In this document: positions 40,638-51,665 of the stretch, piece after piece
How positions within the stretch are numbered: position 1 is the first letter of the stretch
Layout of the letters: each line of letters opens with the position of its first letter
The notes under the pieces: generated by a model
Told to the model about the DNA's origin: nothing
What the model saw: only the letters and a program-made list of their open reading frames with translations
Database searches by the model: none
Assembly: GCA_964481365.1 (NCBI GenBank)
Contig: CAYZTO010000001.1
Coordinates: forward strand, 23,369 to 76,350
Direction: 5' to 3'
DNA: 52,982 nucleotides
DNA from: an uncultured Parabacteroides sp.
Lineage (GTDB): Bacteria > Bacteroidota > Bacteroidia > Bacteroidales > Tannerellaceae
Position numbers and translations under genes: made by a program

Positions 40638-41960
40638 TCACCGGGCACTTCTCTGCCCTATGCATTCATAGCAGAATCCCATGTCGGCCAATTCTTTGGC
40701 ATCATATATATTGCGTCCGTCTAAAATCAACGGGGATTTCATGACCCGCAACAACACTTTCCAACTTGGCAACCGGAACAACTTCCATTCTGTAAGAAGT
40801 AACAAGGCATCGGCATCCATAATGGCATCGTACATATCTTCTGCGTACGAAACCTTATCCCCTACCCTGCGACGACATTCGTCCATAGCTACAGGATCAT
40901 AAACGACAACCGTTGCTCCTTCCTTCTTCAGCAAATCAATGATTACCAACGATGTCGCTTCGCGCATATCATCTGTTTCAGGCTTAAATGCCAATCCCCA
41001 TAAAGCAATAGTTTTGCCTTCCAGAGAAGGATAATGCTTTTTCAGTTTCTCAAACAGCACAGTCTTCTGACGCTCATTCACCTCTTCAACGGCTTTTAAT
41101 ACACGCATTTTGTATCCGTTCTTTTCTGCCGTCTTTATCAATGCTTTCACGTCTTTCGGGAAACAGCTGCCACCGTAACCGCATCCCGGATAGAGGAATT
41201 TGCTGCCGATGCGGGTATCCGAACCGATGCCTCTGCGCACCATATTCACATCCGCCCCAACCAACTCACAGAGATTTGCAATGTCATTCATGAACGATAT
41301 GCGGGTGGCAAGCATTGAATTTGCTGCATATTTTATCATTTCTGCTGAAGGTATATCTGTAAAGATTACACGGAAATTGTTCAGCAAGAAAGGACGGTAC
41401 AAACGGGACAATATCTCTTTTGCCCTTTCCGACTCCACGCCTACAACAACCCGGTCAGGACTCATGAAGTCTTTAATCGCCGCGCCTTCTTTTAAAAATT
41501 CAGGATTTGAAGCCACATCGAACAGGATATCCACCCCACGCTTTTTCAACTCTTCCTGAATTGCCGCTTTCACTTTCTTTGCAGTCCCAACAGGTACTGT
41601 CGATTTTGTCACCAACACCAGATAATTGTTCATATTTTGCCCTACAGTCCGTGCCACATCCAAAACATAATGTAAATCAGCACTTCCATCTTCATCCGGA
41701 GGTGTACCAACTGCGCTGAATACGACTTCTACACTGTCTAAGCACGATGTCAAATCTGTTGTAAAATGCAACCTGCCTTCCCGCTGGTTGCGGAGTACCA
41801 TCTCATCCAATCCCGGTTCATAAATTGGGACTTTGCCCTCTTGCAAACTTTTAATCTTGCTTTCATTCACATCTATGCACGTTACGTTTGCACCCATCTC
41901 GGCAAAACACGTACCCGATACCAAACCGACGTAACCGGTACCCACTATTGCTATGTTCAT
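40638..41960 (-). CDS. ugd: UDP-glucose 6-dehydrogenase
   Basis: GTGYVG, KSTVPVGT, SNPEFLKEG, GYGGSCFPKD, FKPETDDMRE. Confidence 0.95.
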   Translation of the reverse strand: MNIAIVGTGYVGLVSGTCFAEMGANVTCIDVNESKIKSLQEGKVPIYEPGLDEMVLRNQREGRLHFTTDLTSCLDSVEVVFSAVGTPPDEDGSADLHYVLDVARTVGQNMNNYLVLVTKSTVPVGTAKKVKAAIQEELKKRGVDILFDVASNPEFLKEGAAIKDFMSPDRVVVGVESERAKEILSRLYRPFLLNNFRVIFTDIPSAEMIKYAANSMLATRISFMNDIANLCELVGADVNMVRRGIGSDTRIGSKFLYPGCGYGGSCFPKDVKALIKTAEKNGYKMRVLKAVEEVNERQKTVLFEKLKKHYPSLEGKTIALWGLAFKPETDDMREATSLVIIDLLKKEGATVVVYDPVAMDECRRRVGDKVSYAEDMYDAIMDADALLLLTEWKLFRLPSWKVLLRVMKSPLILDGRNIYDAKELADMGFCYECIGQRSAR

Positions 41961-42073
41961 ATATATAATTGACTATTATTATTGTTTTAAATAACGGGAT
42001 AAAAGCCTAGGATTACGGCGAGTATTCCCATATGTATTCAGTTCTAATATGCTCATAACCCATAAATTCGAGG

Positions 42074-42081
42074 CAAAGGTA
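42074..42081 (-). promoter_or_regulatory. -7 element TACCTTTG upstream of ugd
   Basis: Consensus match in the 145-bp gap between the epimerase and ugd. Confidence 0.6.
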
Positions 42082-42105
42082 AAGAATCTTTTCTGCAATA
42101 TCCAC

Positions 42106-43158
42106 CTAACGCCCATAAAACTTCCTATACCATTCTACCGTTTCCATTACGCCTTCCCGGATGTCTTTCGAGGGTTTGCAGCTGAACTCTCTTTGTAATA
42201 AAGTCGTATCGGCATTCGTCTGGTAAACGTCACCGGGCTGCATGGGCAAATATATCTTCTCTGCTTCCCGTCCGCAAGCTTCCTCTATTGCTTGGATAAA
42301 ATCCATTAAACGGACAGGTTGGGAGTTACCTATGTTATAAACCCGATAAGGCGCACTCGATGTTGCCGGGTTCGGATGTTTCGCATCCCACGTTTTATCC
42401 GTTTCAGCAATTTTGTCTATCACCCGTATCACTCCTTCCACAATATCATCGATATAGGTGAAATCGCGCAACATATTACCATTGTTGAAAACTTTGATTG
42501 GCTTGCCACGAAGAATCGCGTCGGTGAACAGGAAAGGACTCATGTCCGGTCGTCCCCACGGACCATAGACCGTGAAGAACCGCAAGCCTGTTGAAGGAAT
42601 CCCGTATAAATGGCTGTAAGCGTGCGCCATCAGCTCGTTGGACTTTTTCGATGCCGCATAGAGACTCACCGGATGTGCAATACTGCTCGATTCCGAAAAC
42701 GGCACATTGGTATTCAACCCATATACGCTGCTAGAACTCGCATACACCAGATGTTCAATGCCATAGTGCCAGCAACCCTCCAATACATTTACAAAACCAT
42801 CGATATTCGACTCCACGTATGCATACGGGTTTGTTATCGAATACCTTACACCTGCCTGTGCAGCCAGATTGCACACGCGGTCGAAGCGCTCATTGGCGAA
42901 CTGCATTTTTACAGCCTCTTTATCCTCCAATTTCATACGGATAAACCGATAATTCGGAAAGCGGTTGCTCTGCACCAACCGATACCAATCCACTTGTTCC
43001 TTGTTAATACCGGCCTCTTCCAAACGGCTGTACTTCAGATTCACATCATAATAATCATTCAGATTATCCAAACCTACGACTTCATCGCCACGTTGCAACA
43101 AGCGTAAGGCGACATAGGAACCTATAAAACCGGCAGAGCCGGTGAGGAGAAGTTTCAT
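42106..43158 (-). CDS. NAD-dependent epimerase, UDP-glucuronate 4-epimerase type
   Basis: TGSAGFIG, LAAQAGVRYS, YAASK, RFFTVYGPWGRPDM. Confidence 0.92.
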   Translation of the reverse strand: MKLLLTGSAGFIGSYVALRLLQRGDEVVGLDNLNDYYDVNLKYSRLEEAGINKEQVDWYRLVQSNRFPNYRFIRMKLEDKEAVKMQFANERFDRVCNLAAQAGVRYSITNPYAYVESNIDGFVNVLEGCWHYGIEHLVYASSSSVYGLNTNVPFSESSSIAHPVSLYAASKKSNELMAHAYSHLYGIPSTGLRFFTVYGPWGRPDMSPFLFTDAILRGKPIKVFNNGNMLRDFTYIDDIVEGVIRVIDKIAETDKTWDAKHPNPATSSAPYRVYNIGNSQPVRLMDFIQAIEEACGREAEKIYLPMQPGDVYQTNADTTLLQREFSCKPSKDIREGVMETVEWYRKFYGR

Positions 43159-43162
43159 ATAC

Positions 43163-44287
43163 TTAGCCTATTATTACTTCCTTGTATATTTGCAAATGCT
43201 TTTGTATCACATTTTCTAAGGAAAAATCCCGCTCCGCTATTTTTCGTGAGTTCTTCCCCATTTCTTTTCGGAGCGTTTCATCATTCAATAAGATTTCCAA
43301 CTTATCTGCAACTGCCTTACTGTCTTTTATCGGAACTAAGAATCCATTGTAACCATCCTCTACTGTATCCTTGCATCCGATGGAATTGGTTGTTATAATC
43401 GGTCGTCCTATGGCTGTAGCTTCCATCAACGATTTGGGAACACCTTCTCGATAATAACTTGGGAAAACAACAATATGGGCTTGTTGTAATAGTTCTTTCA
43501 CATCTGTCCGAAAACCTAACCATTGAATATAATGCCCATCGCAACGGGCACGCAATTCTTCTTCGGTTATTGCATTTGGATTCTTCGATAATCCGCCACA
43601 CAGCCAAAACTCAACCTTACCTTCATAATTCTTTCGTAATGCTTCCGCAGCCTCTATTAATATCAAAGTTCCTTTTTCTTTTACCATTCGAGCCATAAAA
43701 ATAACTTTCAAAGGTCGAATTTCTGACTCCGGCGTATATGGATACAGTTTTAAATCAACTCCGGAACCCTTTATAAAACGAACTTGATGCTCATTCACTA
43801 CATGATATTTGATAAATAAACTTTCATCTTCATGATTTTGAAAGATAACAAGAAGATTCTTCCGATGATTTGAGAATCTCAATAAAGCCAATATCCCTTT
43901 TAGTTTCAAGGACAAATTTTCCTGATTAAATAAAACACCCATGCCGCTTATTGCATTAACAACTACTTTCGATTTTACAAATTTAGCTGCTAATCCACCT
44001 CACAAAATCACTTTTAAACCAACATGATGAATAATATCCGGCTTATGCTTCTTATATAATTTGTAAAGGAACAAGAAAGTCTTAAACTCTTCAAAGATAT
44101 TCTCGCCTGTCGGATTTATAGGAAGCTCTATCATTTTCAATCCTAAGGCTTCCACCTTTGGACATAAGCCGGTATTCTTAGCCACTAAAGTTACATCGTA
44201 ACCGGATTGTTGGGCGGCAAGGGCTAATTTTTTGCGGTGGGAAAGGAGGAAATAATCCTCGTTCATGACAAGAAATAATGTCTGCAT
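43163..44287 (-). pseudogene. GT4 glycosyltransferase with one in-frame TGA at 44002-44000
   Basis: Reads HHVGLKVIL*GGLAAK..NAISGMG in a single frame. C-terminal PSYYREGVPKSLME. Confidence 0.88.
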
Positions 44288-44466
44288 AAATTATTATATT
44301 CTCAAATCAAACATACGACCCAACTCAAAATCAAACGAAACAGGATTAAAATAACCATTAGAAGGATTTAGAGACAGAGTGTTATATTATCAGGACACCA
44401 TCTGAGTAGTTTCAATACGAAAAAAACGCGTTGATTGTTTTTATCATTTTTATAATTCATAGAGGC

Positions 44467-45357
44467 TTAGTATTTACCCGTCAAAACCATAATACGAAAA
44501 AGGAGTGTAATGAATTTATTTGATGTCTTTATCCGGTTATCTCCAATTACCGGAAAACGTGTCGAAAATTTATTCTTATATACCAATACCTTTTCTAGCA
44601 ACTCCAAATTTTCCTCAGGAATTATCGCTGAGTAGCCATTACAAATTTCTTTCAATGTTCTAATTCTCAATCCTTCTTTTCGCACAAAAGATACATAGCG
44701 CCTTAGCCATAATGAGAATATATTCCTCGCTTTTAGTATTATTTCGATGTAATCTATATAATATATAAGAACTAGTATCTGGATATAAATATTCATTAAG
44801 ACATAAGCATATCTTATACACCCAGGCATCATGCATATAAACTGTCGAACATTTATAAAGGAGAAGTATATTATGCAACTTAGAGTTAAAAACCATTGTA
44901 CAACCTGCAGCTGGATTACGTAAGAAAGATTCTCCTAATGTGTAACAATATTCATTGTCATCTATCCCTATAGGTTTTAGAGAGGCATCTACAATAATTC
45001 GTCGAGAAAAATATAATGCAGGTTCATTTACATGAGAGATCAACTCCGAAACCGCAATGCGCAACTTATCTGGAAGCCAAACATCATCTTGATCACAAAA
45101 GGCATAATAATCAAAACCAGAGGTATTATATAATAATTCCATAAAACTCTGCCCTACTCCTATATTCTTGCCTTTACTCCAAATAAGCAAATGATTTTTT
45201 GCCACTTATCTAAAATATCACAAGTTGCATCAGTTGAACCATCACCTCGAACTCTTATTTCAACCTTAACATCTTTCTGTGATATTATCGAAGATAGTTG
45301 TTGTTCTAAATATCTTTCTCCATTATATGTAGACAATAATACACATACAGAAATCAT
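44467..45357 (-). pseudogene. GT2 glycosyltransferase with two frameshifts
   Basis: LLSTYNGERYL, FCDQDDVW..MHDAW..YRLH and the C-terminus fall in three ORF pieces. Shifts at the T6 tract 45195-45200 and near 44730. Confidence 0.85.
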
Positions 45358-45366
45358 ATTACCAAA

Positions 45367-46395
45367 TCAAATTAAGAATTTACTTTTAAATCTATCTATC
45401 GCGTTTATAGATAGCCTCTTATAATTATTCTGTTCCAAGACCCTGCTTATAGTATTCATCAATAAATCCACATTAGTAACATCTACACAATATCCATTAA
45501 AATCATTAATAACCAATTCAGTTGGTCCACCAACATTAGGTACAATCGAAGGTATGCCGTATGCCATCGCTTCCAATATTGTCATACCAAATGTCTCCAT
45601 CCACAAAGAAAGAACTGACAAATTCATCATCAAATCTGACTTTTGAAGAAAAGGACGTATATCTCTTTGCGAAGGATACACCGTGAGATTATCCGGCAAT
45701 CTCTCAGCAAAAAAGCTATCAATCTTCTCATTGTTGGCACCTAGGATTAATACAAATCGATAATTCGGCATCTTCCGAGCGACATCGACATAAGTAAATA
45801 CGCCTTTTGCTTTTGATAATGAAGCAATCATTATAATTGTATTTAGATACCGTTCTTCTATTGGTACTACACTAACCTTATCCCAAAAAGACTTGGCTAA
45901 AACATTATATTCAACTACTGATTCACAATCGCTTCTATCCTCATATTGTTTCTTCAAGTATTCAGATACATAAATCCGTTTTGCTCGAGTTCTATTAAAG
46001 AACCACGCATATATACGTTTATCAAAAGTTCTACTTATGAATTTTTCATGAATATGATAAATTATCTTCTTCCTATACAACTTTCCAATTATGGCAGCAT
46101 AAAAAGGGACTATGGTATTAATGTGAAAAACATCAAAACGAACCCCATATATCAAGACTAAAATAAAAGCGCTAATGCGAGATATCAACGGTGAAAGAAA
46201 ACACTTCCTTTCCCTGAACGTTGGATAAGCCACAGGCAGTATTTTTACATTAGTCAATTCAGATAGAAATCCAGAAGAAGGTCTTGTTACAATCCAAACT
46301 TCATCATTTGCATAATTGGATTCTATCACATTAGCTAATACCCTTGTGCTTCCTGTAAAATCATCCACTGGATGAATAAATAAAGTTTTATACAT
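45367..46395 (-). CDS. GT4 glycosyltransferase, apparently intact
   Basis: KGV, ETFGMTILEAMAYGIP..GGPTELV. Confidence 0.85.
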   Translation of the reverse strand: MYKTLFIHPVDDFTGSTRVLANVIESNYANDEVWIVTRPSSGFLSELTNVKILPVAYPTFRERKCFLSPLISRISAFILVLIYGVRFDVFHINTIVPFYAAIIGKLYRKKIIYHIHEKFISRTFDKRIYAWFFNRTRAKRIYVSEYLKKQYEDRSDCESVVEYNVLAKSFWDKVSVVPIEERYLNTIIMIASLSKAKGVFTYVDVARKMPNYRFVLILGANNEKIDSFFAERLPDNLTVYPSQRDIRPFLQKSDLMMNLSVLSLWMETFGMTILEAMAYGIPSIVPNVGGPTELVINDFNGYCVDVTNVDLLMNTISRVLEQNNYKRLSINAIDRFKSKFLI

Positions 46396-46419
46396 CCTTT
46401 TTCTTCAAATTAGCCACAC

Positions 46420-47356
46420 TTAAAATATACATAGACAAAATGCAAATCCAAAAAGGATATGCATTTTGACATAAAAGCAATAACAGAATAATGGATAAAT
46501 GCCAAAACTGCATATTGCTTCAAAAAACAACTTTATTAATATAAAAGATAAAATAAGAATTGCTCCTATTATTCCATGCATAACTAAATATTTCTTTATT
46601 CCAGAAACAGATACCAATATAAATATTGAGAATTTCAACAAATAGATGAAAATCTTTTCAGAAAAATAGAACAAAGATAGCCTATAAACAAAGTTATATA
46701 CCCAGCTAACGAGAATGTAAATAATTCTGCCACGATTAAAATTATGACATACTTATTACGCAAATCAAATCTATTTGCCATAATCATAGGTATTATACCC
46801 ATAGTCAAGTGTCCAGGTTCTGCAAACACGCTTCTAAATCTATAAAACGAGCCAAGCTCATCTATAGAAGCTGGCAATATAAAAAACAATAATTAAAAGC
46901 TTTATATTGTCCATCAGAAAATTCAATATATACGGAATCTAAAGGAAAACCAATCAAAAATAGTATATAAAAGAATAGCGAAACAATAATTAAAATAGCA
47001 AACAACTTTGTATAGAGATTCAGCAAATATACCTTTATATTATCTTTTAAGAATATCAACGTCGCTATTTCGCATAAAACAAGCATATTATCAGCCAATG
47101 ATTCAGTATTCGTAAAAACTTCCCATGACATCACAAATAGCATAATTGCGACAAATAGAATATTTTCCCTGCTCTTTATACAACAACTTCGGCAAAAGAC
47201 TATAGACAAAATACCTACTATTGCACTTGCAATACGTATCACATTTCTAATCTCTGTATTCCAACTAAACCAAGGATACATCGAGTTTAAAAACATCAGA
47301 AACACAGCTAATGCATAAACTATATATATAACATCCGATACTCGAAAGGCTTGCAT
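46420..47356 (-). pseudogene. wzy: Wzy-like polysaccharide polymerase, frameshifted
   Basis: Hydrophobic fragments with RFRSVFAEPGH, TFSLAGY and HGIIG. Shifts at A6 46881-46886, near 46674 and probably near 46525, where an alternative frame reads CQNAYPFW. Confidence 0.75.
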
Positions 47357-47360
47357 ATTA

Positions 47361-48443
47361 CTATATTAATGTCAGAAATGAATAAGATTTTTGTACTTCT
47401 TTTGACATAATACTGTTGACTGAAATATAATTCAAGACCTTAAACCACAAATTTCCAACACCTATAATTCTATCATCTATCTTCAATAGCTCAAGCAACG
47501 ATTTCACTCTCCCAACTTTATTACCCATCCCTACTGCATAAAACTGTTTCTCAAACAAAATCGAAAACGCCGTACCATGAAAAGAAGAGGTTACCGCAAA
47601 TTCAGCATTCTTTATATATGAAATAAATTCAAACGCATCTGCCGTCTGAATATAACGCTTCCCTATTTTTACACTTCACGTTATCTCTATAACATCATAT
47701 TCCCATTTATCTTGCAGTCTTTTTACTAAATCATCAGATCCTTTTGATGACAACAAATTGTAATACAATATATACTTACTCCTCTTTACAGGCACACAAT
47801 ACTTTTCCCATTCTTCTTTTGGCAATAGAAATACCGTGTCAAGAACAACTGATATATTCTTTTCTGTTAGTTTTTCTATCTCGTCGTATAATTCTGTTTC
47901 TCGAACAGAGATAGCACTGAAATTCTTCAACCATTTCTGTATATGCAATTTGTCATCTTGTGTAAGGTCAATTATCCCCATACTTGGAGCATAAGCGACT
48001 TTTTTAATCTTGGGATTAATATATTCTCCCCAATAAACAGGATCAAACCCTTCATGTTCATGAAAAGGTGATTTCCACCATATTTGGTCGCTGCCATATA
48101 TGATACAATCAAAAGCCACATCCTTCAAGTCTTCAGGCTTGATATACTCCGGCACAACCGGCAGACCAAAACAATTCCGTACCAAACTCTCCATTTTTTC
48201 TTTGCGCTTCTTCCGACGGGAATATCCCAATGCGAACGAAAGCAATGTTTTCATCTTCTTCAAGAGAGTCTGTTGTTTCCATCTCGGATTAAGCAGCCGG
48301 TAAACATCGGCATGGTATTTCGGCCAATAATCCACAATCAGAACTTGATGCCCTTTAGTTGCCAAATAATGTTTCAAGGCAAATGTCTGCAAGAATGCTC
48401 CATAATTGTTTGCCCTGTGGAACGTCAATATTCCAATCTTCAT
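47361..48443 (-). pseudogene. Polysaccharide pyruvyl transferase family protein with in-frame TGA at 47678-47676
   Basis: MKIGILTFH..NYGA.LQ, GSDQIW, SVRE. Continues EIT*SVKIG..VTSSFHGTAFS in the same frame. Confidence 0.88.
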
Positions 48444-48451
48444 ACCATACT

Positions 48452-50205
48452 CTACTTAATCACCTTCTTTATCATCGCCTTCGCCTCATCATTCAGCATG
48501 TTTCTCATCGCATTCTTCAACGATACCTTCGCCTTCACTACCGCATCCACTTCTATATTGCTCATCCTTGACAGTGCTTCGCTCTCATCCTCATGCCGCG
48601 TGAACACTTCCAATATCATGGACTTATCCGGTAATTCCGGACTTGCAAATTCCTTCAATGCCTCCATGAATTCTTCCTTGTTGTTTGCGGATAAATAGCG
48701 GAAACCCAAGTCTTCCGCGTAATGTTTTACCAATGTGTGGGACTTATTGCCAAAGTGCCCGCCTACCGCCATGTATTTGTCGGCATTTTCGCCAAAGGCG
48801 TAGCATAGATGGCTATATATGCGGAATTCCGCACCAATGCCGTTATTAATAAGCATTAGCCGCAGGTTCTTCCCGATATGGCGGTTCCCTAAAGAGTTCA
48901 AATTGTAGAAGAAGGTCAAATCGCCGACCACTCCGAAGCACAAGCGGTTGGGATTTACCAATGATGCACCGATTAGAGAACTTACACAACCGTCTATCCC
49001 GCAACAACCTACGTTGCAAACCGATTCCACACCTTCCGGCAAATGGAACATGTTCCAAGAACGCAGGGTGTTGGAGACTCCCATGTGGAACAACGAGCCT
49101 TTTGGTAAACGCGAAGAGTGTTGCATGGCCGTCCATATATTGCTGAACGGCAATTCTGGGATTGCGGAATAAATGCTGTCAAACAGTCCTTTGCAACAGT
49201 CTATAAATTCATGGTGCTTTTCCCCGTCCCTGCCATAATGAAGGAAGAATGATTCCTCCGACATCTGGAAAACTGTCGTCAATTTCTTAAACGGGTCGCG
49301 CAGTTCACCGTCTTCGCTTACCCGCCATATTTCTTTCGCCGGTATCGTCCCGGCAAATGTCGCTGCTGAAACCTCCCCGATATGGATCATTAAATCCAAG
49401 GTCGGAAATGGCGAGGCTGCATTTGTCTGCAGCTGTACCAGGGTCGGGAGCAATTTGTATTTCCCGTAGTAACCGCTGGTATGGTCGTAAATAGCTATGG
49501 CGTCGTGAGTCGCGCAAAACCGGTCAATTGCTTGTGCCTGCTTCCCGGAAAAACGATTGTGCGAACCCACATAAACAGCAATCTTCCCTTTAGGCATTTC
49601 AGGAAGCCCATCCCATGCCTGGAATCTCCGCATGGCGCGGACCGGAGGCAATTCCCGGACTGAAAAATCTTTGCTGTAAGTCGTGATTAAATTGATATGG
49701 ACCGGACCTCCGCCGTTCCTGCGCAATTCAAGGATTGCTTTATTTGCCTCCATCGTTACATAGCCCTCATCCCTGTCATCTTTGATTATGAGAGGTTCAA
49801 CAGAGTACTTTGCTATATCGTAAGGAAGATTCCTACGGTCAATATTTTGAAAATCAATTGCCCAATCCTGTCTGCTCCTTGATGTGAAGTAATTGCAAGT
49901 ACCGGCAATTTCCGATAAAAAGCCTCCGTCAGTCCGGGATAATAATCTCGTGAAGCCGTAGCCCCGGTACAAGAAAGGGCTACCGGTTCCCCGCTTTCTG
50001 CTGCCATTCCACAAGCCATATATGCAGCAAAACGCTCATCGACCGATGAATAGATTTCAAAATAATGGTCATTTTGTACACTACCTACAAAAGTGTAATT
50101 GGTTGCCCCCGGAGATGCTATTATTTTCTTTATTCCGTTTGCTTTCAATAAAGACAATACGATTTGGACGTTCCGTTCCGTAGTGTAAAATTTTTCCTTG
50201 CTCAT
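48452..50205 (-). pseudogene. ThDP-dependent enzyme (MenD-like) with a frameshift near 49851
   Basis: SPGATN, SSVDER, GPVHIN, GIDG, ThDP motif GDLTFFY..INNG. RIGQLI and QNIDRR are offset by one base. Confidence 0.85.
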
Positions 50206-50238
50206 AATCAGTTGTTATTATAAATAAAACTTATCTTA

Positions 50239-50871
50239 TTAATTAGACAAAAGAAGATATTCCAGCCTAATATTTTTATTTACACAAAATTTCATTATTC
50301 TTTTATCCGGACAATCAACCAATTTATAATGAGGATTGCAGTTCCACAAAAGAGAACGAACGCTTTTTATTGGTTCAAAGAACAAGGGCATTTTAGATTT
50401 ACGAATCATGTTTTCAAGATCCAGTTCTTTTAAAGTTATCAAATTAAAATATGGTATATCAAACAAATTATACTGATTCTGCTTTTTCTTTCCATTATGA
50501 ATGATAACGCATACACCACCTTCTTCAAGTATGGAAAATGTATGGAGCAGTATCTGAAACGAAGCATCCAAACTTCGTCCATACATCATGATTTCTATGG
50601 AATTCCCGTGTTCCGGCAAATAAGATTTTAAAACATCTTTAGAACACACATCGCCTATTACCAGAGAATTATACTTCTTTATTTCTCTCTTGGATGAAAA
50701 CAATCCGCTTTTATTTGTTTTCTTCAATACCACATGATTGAGATATAATGCGCACAATCCAATCAAGGATACTATGGAAAGATACCAAAAGGGAGTAAAC
50801 GGAGAAATTACAAAAATGAGTATTAGAACACTCACCACAAGTTTCTTTTTACTCTTCAAAAACCGGGGCAT
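50239..50871 (-). CDS. Hypothetical protein with N-terminal TM segments
   Basis: 210-aa ORF co-oriented in the locus, overlapping the AKR stop. No family recognised. Confidence 0.65.
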   Translation of the reverse strand: MPRFLKSKKKLVVSVLILIFVISPFTPFWYLSIVSLIGLCALYLNHVVLKKTNKSGLFSSKREIKKYNSLVIGDVCSKDVLKSYLPEHGNSIEIMMYGRSLDASFQILLHTFSILEEGGVCVIIHNGKKKQNQYNLFDIPYFNLITLKELDLENMIRKSKMPLFFEPIKSVRSLLWNCNPHYKLVDCPDKRIMKFCVNKNIRLEYLLLSN

Positions 50872-51665
50872 ACTAAGGATTCCAAATATAGTTTATGATC
50901 ACAATTTAAAGCAGAAATAACGTCTATTTCATTAGAAGTTAGAGAGAACCCATCTATTTCCGAATACAGTCTTACTCTTTCCGGCTTAGTCGAGGTGAAA
51001 ACCGGAATTCCGCCTGTATCTAAATGTCACCTGAATATAATCTGCCCAATGCTTCGATTATATTTAGATGCCATTTCTTGAATTTGTTGATTGTCTCTTA
51101 TTCTTGGATGCATTTTACAAAGAGGCGAGTAATCTTGAAGAACAATGCTCCTTTCTCTACAAAATTGTGTTTCCAATTCAAATGTATTTAATGGATGCCT
51201 CTCTATCTGAACTATCTCCGGAATAATACCCGATTCAAATAATTGCCTCAAATGGAATATCCGTACATTACAAATACCTATCCTAAGAGTAAGTTTTTTA
51301 TCTTTTAGTTTTAGTAAACTATCCCACGCTGCAGGGAAATATTTCCATACCGGCCAATATATTAACAATGCGTCCACATATTCCAATTGCATCGAATCAA
51401 GCTTTTTCTTGAAATATTCCTCTATCAGACCATTATACATTTGTATTGGGTCGATTTTCGTTTGAATAAAATATTCATTCCGATATATGCCCAATTCCTT
51501 TGCACCTTCATACACAGCCCGACTGAGTACTTCTTCTGTATGATAACTGGGAGCAGTATCAAACCATCTGATTCCATGATTTAATGCAGCACGACAAACT
51601 TCCAATGTCCCTTTAAAATCTTTATGAGCCGAAGCTCCCGAACCAAATATCAAATCTTTACTCAT
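50856..51665 (-). pseudogene. Aldo/keto reductase with in-frame TGA at 51029-51027
   Basis: GIRWFDTAPSY, QTKI, IGICN, QIERHP, YSPL, QIIFR*HL. The frame continues to ...LESLVCPGF* at 50856. Confidence 0.87.

Noticed and set aside
45195-46886. Homopolymer phase variation in GT2 and wzy
   Set aside because: The tracts are only 6 nt and the same genes carry additional lesions, so one slip could not restore function.
48452-50205. Housekeeping menD
   Set aside because: It sits inside a glycan locus with no other men genes and is frameshifted, so the symbol was not assigned.
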